In this document: positions 1 through 8,496 of the stretch, piece by piece
Position numbering within the stretch: position 1 is the first letter of the stretch
How the letters are laid out: the number at the start of each line of letters is the position of its first letter
Source: a virus
Lineage: Duplodnaviria > Caudoviricetes
DNA: 47,500 bases
Direction: 5' to 3' (one strand)
Virus record (IMG/VR): IMGVR_UViG_3300031670_000381
Coordinates: 1-47,500 of that record
Position numbers and translations under genes: made by a program
Notes under the pieces: generated by a model
Databases searched by the model: none
Told to the model about the DNA's origin: nothing
Seen by the model: only the letters and a program-made list of their open reading frames with translations

Positions 1-135
1 TGTCGGTTACAGGATGGTGTGATCGGTGCGGACTATCGAGGACTATGCCTGGACCAGGGTGGACAATCTCCGGATTTCGGGCAATTTTGAAGGGCTTTCC
101 GGGCCATTAAGTGCCGGTGAAACTGGGTTTCCGGC

Positions 136-259
136 AACTTGGAACCGATCGGTTGGATCTCGCCAGCAACGCGAAAATACGCGCGTAAGCGTGCCTAAGC
201 GCATGAACCTGGAACCAGCGCAGTTCCAAGTTCGGTTCCAAGTTCGCAGTTCCAAGTTC
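136..259. repeat. Left-end repeats, putative transposase binding sites
   Basis: GTTCCAAGTTC at 223-233, 235-245 and 249-259; inverted copies AACTTGGAAC at 136-145 and GAACCTGGAAC at 205-215; window begins with TGT, as Mu-type ends do. Confidence 0.65.
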
Positions 260-581
260 ACGCGGTGCGGTACTCGCGGTGCTCGTGGAGGACCTTTTGA
301 ACCCATCGCTGAGTGCAACCGAGCTGCCTGGCGATCTCCTGGTCTGCGACGCCGGCGGCGTGTAGCGCGATAATTCTTTTCCGGCGCGCTGACGGATTTG
401 GGATGTCCACCTTCTCGCCGCCGAATCGACGCGATAGTGCCGTCGCGGCATCGAGGCCAACCGCTTCGCTGATTCGGTCAGCTGGGCGCGCGACAACCGG
501 GATGTAAACTCGCATCCCGCCAAACTCCTCGACAAGCGCTTGCGCCTGCCGCGCGCCCAGCGCCGCGACGATTTCATCCAT
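258..581 (-). CDS. Mor/C-family transcription activator (late activator)
   Basis: LVEEFGGMRVYIP...LSRRFGGEKVDIP plus C-terminal HTH (EIARQLGCTQRWV); GAGGAG 9 nt upstream of ATG 581; follows gemA. Confidence 0.85.
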   Translation of the reverse strand: MDEIVAALGARQAQALVEEFGGMRVYIPVVARPADRISEAVGLDAATALSRRFGGEKVDIPNPSARRKRIIALHAAGVADQEIARQLGCTQRWVQKVLHEHREYRTA

Positions 582-1032
582 CAAAGCCATCTCCTCGTAC
601 CTCCTCCCCACTCTTCCTACGATGCATCGCCTTCAGCGCTTCGATGACTTTGTTAGCTTGTGCCGGAGTCATCCATTCGGGCCGGTCGACGCCGGCGACG
701 GATTTCACGAATTTACGGAACGCATCGTCGCTCTTGTCTCTGACGATTCCGAGCTTCGCGCCCTCGATCCAAAGCCCGCGCGCCATCCGGCCCTGCGCCT
801 GCCGCAGCGGCCGAACATTCGACTCCTGCTTCCGGAAGCCCTTGCTCCGCAGATGCTCGATAATCGCGCCTCGCTCTCGCGGCGTTGCATCTGCGGCGCT
901 CTCGATTCTTCCTTCGGTGACGGTCCGGATGATCTCGCGATAGAGATCGTCATCGAGGCGAAGCTGCTTTTTCGCGACATGGATCGCGGCCAAATCCGCA
1001 CGCCGGCGAGGATCGTCAGTGCGCATCGGCAT
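574..1032 (-). CDS. gemA: GemA / Mu gp16 family regulatory protein (DUF1018)
   Basis: LAAIHVAKKQLRLDDDLYR...GLW...KVIEALKAM signature. Confidence 0.9.
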   Translation of the reverse strand: MPMRTDDPRRRADLAAIHVAKKQLRLDDDLYREIIRTVTEGRIESAADATPRERGAIIEHLRSKGFRKQESNVRPLRQAQGRMARGLWIEGAKLGIVRDKSDDAFRKFVKSVAGVDRPEWMTPAQANKVIEALKAMHRRKSGEEVRGDGFDG

Positions 1033-1273
1033 TTCGATCGCCCAGGAGAGTGTGCAGTTTGTTGCTGGCCTTGATGAGGCGGTCTATTGCACTATCTAGT
1101 GCGCCGGTCGCACCTGAGAATCTCGCTGACTGCGCCAGCCGCTCAGCCCATTCGCGCGTGAAGCATTCCGCAATTTCCCTACCGTCAGCGATAAGACGAT
1201 AGTGCTTGATGCCAACCCAGTTCGGTCCGTTCGTATCGGACATTTCGACTTCTCTGATCTCGAATTTCATCAA
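1016..1273 (-). CDS. hypothetical protein
   Basis: 85-aa ORF overlapping both neighbours in the early operon. Confidence 0.6.
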   Translation of the reverse strand: MMKFEIREVEMSDTNGPNWVGIKHYRLIADGREIAECFTREWAERLAQSARFSGATGALDSAIDRLIKASNKLHTLLGDRNADAH

Positions 1274-3066
1274 TCGAACAATCCTTCGCTGGCGCGGACG
1301 CCGCCGGCGCTGTTTATTTCGACGAGCCGGCGCGCGCGCAGCCGCTGGATATACGAGTCGCGCGTGCTGCGCTTGTAGTCAGTGCCTTCGCTGATATCGT
1401 CGCGCGGCGCCCAATCGGAAATCCGGTGCAGAAATTCCAGCACCTTGCGCTCGCCGTCGGGCAATCGCGGCAACCACCACTGATAAAGCGCATCGCCACT
1501 CGGCAGCGGCTCAAAATCGCCGAGCGCCGCGACGCCTTCATCGGTGGCGACGATAACGCTGCCATCCAGCGCGACGTTTCCCGCGGCCTGCAGGCGCTGG
1601 ATATAGGAATCCCGCGTGCTGCGTTTGTAGCCAGTCAGGATCGTCAGGTCATCGCGCTCGACGCCGTCTGGATATTGCGCGATCGCCGTCAGCACGATCC
1701 GCTCTCCCTTCGCGAGCGTGCCGCCGGCGCCGTTGCCGTTGCGGGACTGCTGTGGCACAGGCTTTAGCCTGTGATTCACACCGGCTAAAGCCGGTGCCAC
1801 TGAAACGGATGGAGATCTCTTTATGTCATTCCCGCGCGTGGCTGCCGCGCGAGAGCCTGTCCTGAGCCTGCCGAAGGAAATCCCGGCCTTGGGGATCGGA
1901 GTGTGACACAGCGTCGATTCAAGCAACCCGAGGGCGCCGACCGCTTTCTGCATTTCCTTCTGCAGGTCGCCGACCAGCATCAGCGCATCGTTGGTATGGT
2001 GGACCCATTCGCTGTGCTGCCGCGCAACGCCATCAGCGACGGCGCGCGCGATCGCCGATTCATCCGGCGCGGCGACGGGCTTTGGCTTCGCCGCGAGCTC
2101 GCGTTTGAGGTCCGCGAGTTGTCGTTTGAGTTCGCGCGGATCGTCGAGCTTCGCCCGTTCGATCGTGTCCGCCATCGCAGCGGTGATCTGTTTCAGATCG
2201 ATCGGCTTGAGATCCGCATGCAGCTCGATCTCGGTCGGAGTCGCCGACGCGTCGAAAGTCCGCTTCGGCAGCACGCGAACTTTACGGAATGTCTTGAGCC
2301 ACTGCGGTGACCACAGGAATCCGTCGCCAGGATCGAGGCCCGGCAGCTCCTCGAGCTGCGCGTGCAGGTCGAGCCCCTTCGTGGTGACCCAGCCCGCGAT
2401 CGCCTTGCGCTCCTGCGGTCCGGATGTCTGGAAGACGAACAGCACCTCAGTAAGATTGAGTACTTCCTTGCTGACCGCTTGGGGACGCTGAGTGATGAGC
2501 GCGAAGCCAATTCCATAGTTGCGGCCAAGTTTCACCAGCCGCGTCATCGCGCCGACCATCACGGCGGTGTTTCTGAACGTCCGCTCCGGAATGAACTCCT
2601 GGGCTTCCTCGACGACGAGCATCAGCGGTGACTTCGCGCCCTTCTTGCGCTGGAGCAGGTGCGGCGCGAAGTCTGCCATGAATCGGCACTGCTCGCCGTA
2701 TGTCATCTCGCTAACGTCCAGGACCATCGACGCGCGATGGTCCACGATAACGTCGGCGATCAACTTCCCGCCGGTCGGCTCAAGAGGAAAGTCCGCATTC
2801 GCGCCAATGCTCCTGCCAAAAATTGGAATATCGAGTCCGCGATCTTTTCCGTCCGCGGCGATGCGCAGACCGCGTCCCCAATTGCCCACCGGATCGACTA
2901 CGACTACCTGACGGCCGGAATCGTACAGCAACTCGACGAACTTTCCGGCGGCGTAGGTCTTGCCGCTGCCAACGCGTCCGATGAACGCAAAGCGCTGTGC
3001 TGGCGCCGTATCGGCCGGGAGAGACAGGTCCTTCGCGAGCCGGAGTTCCGGTTTCTCTTTCACCAT
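1270..3066 (-). CDS. HerA/FtsK-like ATPase (DUF87) with two C-terminal winged-helix-like repeats
   Basis: Walker A GRVGSGKT, VVDPVG, Walker B LVVEEAQ, GRNYGIG...TQRP; repeat T[GD]YKRSTRDSYIQRL twice; start placed at ATG 3066 (GGAG upstream). Confidence 0.85.
   Translation of the reverse strand: MVKEKPELRLAKDLSLPADTAPAQRFAFIGRVGSGKTYAAGKFVELLYDSGRQVVVVDPVGNWGRGLRIAADGKDRGLDIPIFGRSIGANADFPLEPTGGKLIADVIVDHRASMVLDVSEMTYGEQCRFMADFAPHLLQRKKGAKSPLMLVVEEAQEFIPERTFRNTAVMVGAMTRLVKLGRNYGIGFALITQRPQAVSKEVLNLTEVLFVFQTSGPQERKAIAGWVTTKGLDLHAQLEELPGLDPGDGFLWSPQWLKTFRKVRVLPKRTFDASATPTEIELHADLKPIDLKQITAAMADTIERAKLDDPRELKRQLADLKRELAAKPKPVAAPDESAIARAVADGVARQHSEWVHHTNDALMLVGDLQKEMQKAVGALGLLESTLCHTPIPKAGISFGRLRTGSRAAATRGNDIKRSPSVSVAPALAGVNHRLKPVPQQSRNGNGAGGTLAKGERIVLTAIAQYPDGVERDDLTILTGYKRSTRDSYIQRLQAAGNVALDGSVIVATDEGVAALGDFEPLPSGDALYQWWLPRLPDGERKVLEFLHRISDWAPRDDISEGTDYKRSTRDSYIQRLRARRLVEINSAGGVRASEGLFD
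1752..1800. repeat. REP doublet (REPIN-like) copy 1, inside the HerA-like gene
   Basis: GTGGCACAGGCTTTAGCCTGTG...CACCGGCTAAAGCCGGTGCCAC: GTGG foot plus internal palindrome, paired in inverted orientation. Confidence 0.75.
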
Positions 3067-3151
3067 CTCATCTCCATAGCTGCGGACACGCTGTTTACGG
3101 ACGTGCAGCGAGGTCTTGATCCGCTGCGCCTCGAGGCCGAGTCTGGCGGGT

Positions 3152-3307
3152 ATGAAATGCTTGCCTTGCGAAATAGAAGTTGCTGACGACAACCAGGCGC
3201 AGGAAGAGCACGCTCGGCTCGCGCACCAGATGACACTCGAGCAATGGCGCGAGATGCAGCGCTTCCTGAGCGCTCCATTCCCGCGAGACGACCGTAAAAT
3301 CTCTTGA
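3152..3307 (+). CDS. small putative C2H2 (Ros/MucR-like) zinc-finger protein, antisense to the early operon
   Basis: MKCLPC...EEHARLAHQMTLEQWRE; fills a gap with no convincing - strand gene; weak RBS. Confidence 0.4.
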   Translation: MKCLPCEIEVADDNQAQEEHARLAHQMTLEQWREMQRFLSAPFPRDDRKIS

Positions 3308-3384
3308 CGTTCGCGCGCGCCGCCGGTTGGATGCCGTCCTCGTGAAAGGCCTCGCAATTTAGGCTTTGCGCTAATCGCTTGAGT

Positions 3385-3663
3385 TCATGCATTCGCAGAT
3401 TCCGCGCGTGCTGTCTCGGTCGCAATTCGGCCGGCGCGGCAATTTGCGCATTCGAGCGGCCCGGTCAGGTAATCGCCCTCCTGCCACGTGCGATGGGTCA
3501 TGCAGGTCATTGCCTCGCACGCTGGACAACGAGCGCGGATGAGCCGTCGAAGCTGCGGGCCGTGTCTCAGGCAGACCGCCCGATCGCAGCGTGGACAGAT
3601 CGCGAGCTGATATGCCTCATTAATCACCATCTGCTCCAAGCAGTCGGCGCATCGCATCCTCAT
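3385..3663 (-). CDS. Cys-rich putative zinc-binding protein
   Basis: four CxxC motifs plus CxxH pairs; ATGA-coupled to the upstream gene. Confidence 0.6.
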   Translation of the reverse strand: MRMRCADCLEQMVINEAYQLAICPRCDRAVCLRHGPQLRRLIRARCPACEAMTCMTHRTWQEGDYLTGPLECANCRAGRIATETARAESANA

Positions 3664-4184
3664 CGCTTGCGCCCTCGCGACTTCTCCGCCTCTTCCATGT
3701 GATCGGGGAGCGCTTGGCCGCGCGAGTCGTCTTTTTCAATCTCGCGCCACTTGTATCCGTCGCGGAGCATCCGCAGATCGAACCGTTGCCATTCGGCGCG
3801 GATACGGTCGGCCTGCGGCTGCGCGTGCAGCGACCCGTAGATATGATTTTCCGGTTTCCAGGGAAGGCCGCTCAGCGCTTCGACGAGATGGATAACTTCG
3901 TCTTGGAACCGGATATGGCGGATGTGCAGGAAGCGGGAATAGCGATGCGCCGTGTCGCTGCGCAGCCAGCAAAACCACGAGCCTTCCAGGTTGCGCGCGC
4001 CGGTCTGCCCCGTGTACGCGCAACTCGCAATCTCAATTCCCAAATCCTCGAAAGAGGTTCCGGCTCCGTCGATCCCGCCGCCGAGCCATAATAGCCAATG
4101 CATTTCGGGCTGCCGGTCGAGCTGGTGCCACCTGAAGCCAACGCCCTTGAGCCAGCCCTCCGTGATTGGAATCCGATCGTTCAT
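3660..4184 (-). CDS. hypothetical protein (Trp-rich)
   Basis: ATG 4184 overlaps the stop of the DUF5131 gene (ATGA); protein-like composition. Confidence 0.7.
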   Translation of the reverse strand: MNDRIPITEGWLKGVGFRWHQLDRQPEMHWLLWLGGGIDGAGTSFEDLGIEIASCAYTGQTGARNLEGSWFCWLRSDTAHRYSRFLHIRHIRFQDEVIHLVEALSGLPWKPENHIYGSLHAQPQADRIRAEWQRFDLRMLRDGYKWREIEKDDSRGQALPDHMEEAEKSRGRKR

Positions 4185-4999
4185 CGCGGGAACTCGCGGA
4201 TGCGCAGGTCTTCCGGCCATTCGGCGGGATCGGCGCCGGCGCGATCGAGACGGTTGCGAAATATTCGCGGAATCTGGTTGCGTGGACCTCCCTCATCGAA
4301 TTGACAGGGAACCGCACCGAGCTGCTTGACGAAGACGGGAACGCCGGCGGCGCGGCATTGCGCAACGATCTGGCGGATCCAGTTGATGTTGCAGGGCCGC
4401 GCGTTCGGACCGCTCTCGCCGCCGACGATTACCCATTCGATTCGCGACGGATAATCCATCAGCGGAAGATCAGGCACCGCTTCGAGCAGAGGCTCGAGGC
4501 TCAGGAACTTCACCGCCGCCGGCGTGTGATGGAGCTCGCTGATACGGCCGTATTGCTCGCGGGTCTCGACGCTGACACCGAGATGGACATTGGGCTCGGC
4601 GTTCCACTCCGTGAGCTCGCTCCATTTCGTCAGTAGCTCGCGCATCCGCTCCGGACGCTTCGTCAGGATTTGATAGGTGTGCATCGGAGCCACACCCTCC
4701 ATGAACCAAAAGACATCCGCGATAAAATTGTTAGGTACGTCCTCATGGAATAAGTCCGACATCGAGTTGACAAAAATTCTGCGCGGCCGTTTCCTCCATC
4801 GCAGCGGCTGAGCGAGGCGCTCGGGATGGAGCTTCACGTCGGTGAAGTCCCGGCCGAAATATGGCGACTTCGGATTCTTGCTGAGCCGATTCCAATCGCG
4901 CTCGGCGTAGCAGTTTTTGCATCCGGGCGAGACTTTGGAGCATCCCGAAACGGGATTCCAGGTCGCGTCGGTCCATTGGATTCCGGTTTTGTCACTCAT
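4181..4999 (-). CDS. phage Gp37/Gp68 family protein (DUF5131, three-Cys radical-SAM-like)
   Basis: IQWTDATWNPVSGCSKVSPGCKNCYA, FVNSMSDLFHE, LTKRPER, WVIVGGESG. Confidence 0.93.
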   Translation of the reverse strand: MSDKTGIQWTDATWNPVSGCSKVSPGCKNCYAERDWNRLSKNPKSPYFGRDFTDVKLHPERLAQPLRWRKRPRRIFVNSMSDLFHEDVPNNFIADVFWFMEGVAPMHTYQILTKRPERMRELLTKWSELTEWNAEPNVHLGVSVETREQYGRISELHHTPAAVKFLSLEPLLEAVPDLPLMDYPSRIEWVIVGGESGPNARPCNINWIRQIVAQCRAAGVPVFVKQLGAVPCQFDEGGPRNQIPRIFRNRLDRAGADPAEWPEDLRIREFPR

Positions 5000-5289
5000 C
5001 GCAGAACTCCTTTGAGGGGAATTGTCCAGACGAAATACCGCTCGGCGAAGTCATCGGCATTACGATCGAAAGAGTTGCGTTTCAGGAATTTTTCGCGGTT
5101 GGGAAAAGGCTCATCGCTCTCATCCTGGACCGCATCGACCGCAGCCTGGAACTTTTGGCTCAATTGCCGCGCGCGGTTCAGGGCGAGCTCCGCATGTTTC
5201 TCCGCGGAGCCCCGATCGGGGAATGCGGCGACCGGCCAATACTGAGTTTCATATTGTCCGGAATCTCCGAAAACGATGAAGATGTTCAT
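4996..5289 (-). CDS. hypothetical protein
   Basis: 97 aa, ATGA overlaps on both sides. Confidence 0.65.
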   Translation of the reverse strand: MNIFIVFGDSGQYETQYWPVAAFPDRGSAEKHAELALNRARQLSQKFQAAVDAVQDESDEPFPNREKFLKRNSFDRNADDFAERYFVWTIPLKGVLR

Positions 5290-5741
5290 GGCAGCCAGCC
5301 TGGTGCTTCAGCCGGAGGCCTCCACTCCCAGAGGCCGAGCATTCCTTTCGCCGGAATCGGCACATCCAGCTCGCGCGCGAAACGCAGATCCCATGCAAAG
5401 CGGCCGGGAGAGAAGTCGCCGCGCTGAACCTCCAGCTCCGGCGCCGTGACCTGGCCGAATCTCCGCTCGATCCAGGCTCGGAAATTGACTATTCCTTCGG
5501 GCATCCGCAGGCATTGGTGGAGGCGGCAGATGCCGATGACCGCGCCGAGTGGGAGGTTCGCGTCTTGGAGGACCTGGAATGCCGGCTCGGCGAGCAGCTC
5601 GCGGCATGCGCGCGGGAATGTTTTAGCGGCATGGATCGCGAGAAGCCCGCGATAATTGGTAGCCCATGAGCGTGTCTCGATGCATTTGAAGCCTTGTGCG
5701 ACAAGTGTCGCCCAGGGTTGCGTGAGAGTGAGTGCTTTCAT
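5286..5741 (-). CDS. ASCH-domain protein
   Basis: MKALTLTQPWATLV..GFKCIETRSW...YRGLLAIHAAK...PIPAKGMLGLW. Confidence 0.9.
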   Translation of the reverse strand: MKALTLTQPWATLVAQGFKCIETRSWATNYRGLLAIHAAKTFPRACRELLAEPAFQVLQDANLPLGAVIGICRLHQCLRMPEGIVNFRAWIERRFGQVTAPELEVQRGDFSPGRFAWDLRFARELDVPIPAKGMLGLWEWRPPAEAPGWLP

Positions 5742-5971
5742 GGCAGCGACCTCTCGACCTCGGCGGCGATCGCGTCGATTGCCGCTTTCACTGAGGCTTC
5801 GTACTCGACGATGCTTTTCCGCGTCCCCACCTTCCGCAAGTAACGCCAGGTGCGATTGACCTCGCGCTGCTTCGGCTGCGGGACCATCCGCCAATGCCTC
5901 AGGCACATCAGATGACCTGAGCGCAGGCCGGCGCCGCATCCAGGGATCGGGCAAGTCCTCATCGCGCTCAT
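5738..5971 (-). CDS. small zinc-finger-like hypothetical protein
   Basis: CPIPGC...LMCLRHWRMVP; ATGA-coupled at both ends. Confidence 0.65.
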   Translation of the reverse strand: MSAMRTCPIPGCGAGLRSGHLMCLRHWRMVPQPKQREVNRTWRYLRKVGTRKSIVEYEASVKAAIDAIAAEVERSLP

Positions 5972-6162
5972 TTCTTCGCCTCGGCTAAGGCGTCGCGGCC
6001 ATTTTTCCAGAGACGATAATGGTCGGGAGCGGCGCGCTCCCATTGCTCGATGAAGGGGCCGGCGTGTCTGACGTAGTAGGAGGTACGCGCGACCTGCTCT
6101 TCATCGTCGCAGATTGCGCGGAGTGCGCGGCTGAGTTTCGCGATCTTCTGCTTGTCGGTCAT
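5968..6162 (-). CDS. hypothetical protein
   Basis: 64 aa, GGAGG RBS, coupled to the downstream gene. Confidence 0.6.
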   Translation of the reverse strand: MTDKQKIAKLSRALRAICDDEEQVARTSYYVRHAGPFIEQWERAAPDHYRLWKNGRDALAEAKK

Positions 6163-6175
6163 CGGTTCCTCCCAA

Positions 6176-7087
6176 TCACGCGGCGCGGCGGGATAGCGCC
6201 ACGCGGGTCGCGACTTGTTTGAGCTTCGTCAGATGCTCGATCAGCGAGCCGATGCGGCGCAGCATTGCGGCGCGGTCGCCTTCAGAGAGTTTCAGGATCG
6301 CGGCCGCGAGTTCGTCCGCGTCGAGACCGATCAGCGCGGCCGAGGCCTCCGTCATTTTGGTGATGGCGCTGCGGACGGAGTACTGCGTTCGGTCCGGCGC
6401 CTTGTGGCCGCTGCCCGTCAATCTCTGGCGTTTCTGCCATCGCCGTGCGCATGCGACTTGTTGGTCGCGGTCATATTCCCGCTCGCTCATAAACTCGAAG
6501 CACTTGAGCTGCTCTTCTTCCGGGAGCAATGCGAGGTGTTCGGCGATGCGCGTTCCGAGCTGGTTGCGTCCGACACGTCTTTGCAGCGCCGGGGCGAGGC
6601 GCAGAAGCTTTTCAAATTGATATACCCACCCAAAGCTTTTGCCGAAAATATCCGCGATCGCCTCGGTCTGTTTCTGCCGGCTCTCGATTCGCGCGATCTC
6701 CGGACGTTTGCGGATGCGCGCGATCGCCTTTGCGATCTCCATCGGCGTATGTTCCGCGCGCGCGAAGTTGGCGATCACGGAAGAGAGGAACTGATCTTCC
6801 GGCTCGATCATCTCGCCCGCGATCCACGCGATCATCGTCGCCACTTTCGCGATTCCGCACGCAAGCCATCGCCGCTGGCCGTCAACCAGCTCGAAGAGGT
6901 GCTTGCCAGCGGGACGGGGCAATCGGCGCACCGTAATCGGCACTTGCTGGCCGACAGCCTTGATGCTGCGCGCGAGGTCATTCAGAGCGGTCTCGTCGAA
7001 ATACTCGCGCGGCTGGCCGGCGAACGGCCGAATCCGTTCGCGGTCAATTTTTACTATCTGTCCCAGCTTCTCCATCGCCGCTCTCAC
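6176..7087 (-). CDS. ParB/RepB/Spo0J family protein (copy 1)
   Basis: GQPREYF...LARSIK.VGQQVPITV...FELVDGQRRWLA...NFARAEHTPMEIA plus HTH. Confidence 0.85.
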   Translation of the reverse strand: MRAAMEKLGQIVKIDRERIRPFAGQPREYFDETALNDLARSIKAVGQQVPITVRRLPRPAGKHLFELVDGQRRWLACGIAKVATMIAWIAGEMIEPEDQFLSSVIANFARAEHTPMEIAKAIARIRKRPEIARIESRQKQTEAIADIFGKSFGWVYQFEKLLRLAPALQRRVGRNQLGTRIAEHLALLPEEEQLKCFEFMSEREYDRDQQVACARRWQKRQRLTGSGHKAPDRTQYSVRSAITKMTEASAALIGLDADELAAAILKLSEGDRAAMLRRIGSLIEHLTKLKQVATRVALSRRAA

Positions 7088-7782
7088 TTGATCTGAAGGA
7101 TTCGGTACCAGTCGTGCTGATGCTTGAACGCGAACAGCATGATGTCCGCCGGTGTGGCGGCGCGATCGGGGACACCGAAGTTGAGTCCCTCCTCGGCGAA
7201 TGACTGCCCTACCTCGTACGAGCAGATCGGACGATTCCAGAAGCCGAGACGGGTCATGAACCAGGAGACGCGGCGCCCGCGAATCTTTCCCGCGATCGCG
7301 TCGGCGAGCTGCAGAAAGATCTTCAGGTAGTCATAGGAGGCGGCAGAGTAAGTGACATCACGTTCGACGATCGACCATCGAAATTGCCGATGCAGTTTCA
7401 GCGGCTTCAGGATCCAAGCGTGCTCGGCGTCCGCGATCGAAACCCATAGCGGCCTAACGCGCGTGCGCGTCAGCGCCTCATTCACGAGCGGCGGCTTGGC
7501 GCCGACGATCATCCCGACGTGGCTTACGCGGATGCCGCCTTTCGGCGTCGTGAGCCACGCGATCCCGTGCGAGAGTCGTCCCTTGCCCATGATCGCGATG
7601 ATGTCGCCTTCTTCGACCAGCGCGTCGGCAGGTTCGTCGGGCGGCGCGGTTCTATAATCGGCAGGCGCGCCGATCTGACACCCGCAGGTGCATTTCTCGC
7701 CGCGGCGAGAGCCGAGACAGAGCGCATGCATGCCACGTCGGCAATATGAACAGGGCGCAGTGAAAATGGCGTTACTCGTCAT
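7084..7782 (-). CDS. permuted papain-like (NlpC/P60, YiiX/YaeF-type) enzyme with N-terminal Cys/His cluster
   Basis: EGDII...VSHVG...SYDY...ICSY...TPADI: His before Cys, the permuted order. Confidence 0.7.
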   Translation of the reverse strand: MTSNAIFTAPCSYCRRGMHALCLGSRRGEKCTCGCQIGAPADYRTAPPDEPADALVEEGDIIAIMGKGRLSHGIAWLTTPKGGIRVSHVGMIVGAKPPLVNEALTRTRVRPLWVSIADAEHAWILKPLKLHRQFRWSIVERDVTYSAASYDYLKIFLQLADAIAGKIRGRRVSWFMTRLGFWNRPICSYEVGQSFAEEGLNFGVPDRAATPADIMLFAFKHQHDWYRILQIK

Positions 7783-8110
7783 TTGGATTCCCCTGAAAGG
7801 TAAGGGTGTTGCCCTCATTTCCCGGACGCTTCATCGTCCACAGATCTAAACCAGCTCGCAGTGAGGCTTTCGTGATGCGCAGTTGCGCCTCGGCCGCCGC
7901 GATGAGTTGCTTGAGCCTGTCGTAGGATTCGCGCGCGAACAGATAGCGGGTGCTCTTAAGGAAAACGATCGAGCCGGCGCGGCCGCGGGAATTGCCCTCG
8001 GCGATATTGTCGATCTCGCGCACAAAAAAGGATTTGCGCTCGCCTTCTATCGACGTGATTTCAACCCACCCAGGCAGAATGATCGTGTTGATTTTGTTCT
8101 TCTCCATCAC
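7772..8110 (-). CDS. hypothetical protein
   Basis: 112 aa, coupled in the operon. Confidence 0.6.
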   Translation of the reverse strand: MMEKNKINTIILPGWVEITSIEGERKSFFVREIDNIAEGNSRGRAGSIVFLKSTRYLFARESYDRLKQLIAAAEAQLRITKASLRAGLDLWTMKRPGNEGNTLTFQGNPNDE

Positions 8111-8496
8111 CTCTCATCCTCATCACGCGCGGCTTCGAGCCGCGGTTGTGTCGCGAGCCATACGATTGCGCGACGCCCACTGGAGTTGGTCCCGCGCCGC
8201 CCCGAATCGACCACTATCGGCGGCTTCTTTCTGGCCAGCTCCGATACGCGCGGGCGCACGGTGAGAACGGAATGCCTGAGCGCGTAAGCGATCTCGTCGG
8301 CCGTCGCGCCCTGGGAATGCGTTTCGAGATACTCGAGGACTTCGCGCCGGACCGTTTTCGCGAAGTTCATGCCTTCGCGCCGGACTGTTTTGGCATGCTG
8401 CTGAAGGACGCCGATCAAACCGGAAGCGACGTCGCCGCCGCGCACGATTCCAACGCTCGCCGCGCTCGCAACGCTGGTGTCGGTCGCGATTTTCAC
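8107..8496 (-). CDS. winged-helix DNA-binding protein
   Basis: GATADEIAYAL..SVLTVRPRVSEL...VVDSGRR...GRRAIVW; start uncertain, frame stays open up to 8586. Confidence 0.7.
   Translation of the reverse strand: MKIATDTSVASAASVGIVRGGDVASGLIGVLQQHAKTVRREGMNFAKTVRREVLEYLETHSQGATADEIAYALRHSVLTVRPRVSELARKKPPIVVDSGRRGTNSSGRRAIVWLATQPRLEAARDEDER

Noticed and set aside
223-259. Short direct repeats as a CRISPR array
   Set aside because: Units are 11 nt with 1-3 nt gaps, there are no spacers and no cas genes; better explained as end-binding sites
3067-3357. N-terminal 97 aa of the 695-aa ORF 1270..3357
   Set aside because: Not protein-like; the ATPase domain and an RBS start at ATG 3066
3060-3425. 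121-aa - strand ORF as a gene
   Set aside because: Ser/Arg/Ala-rich with no motif; cannot be excluded but is unsupported
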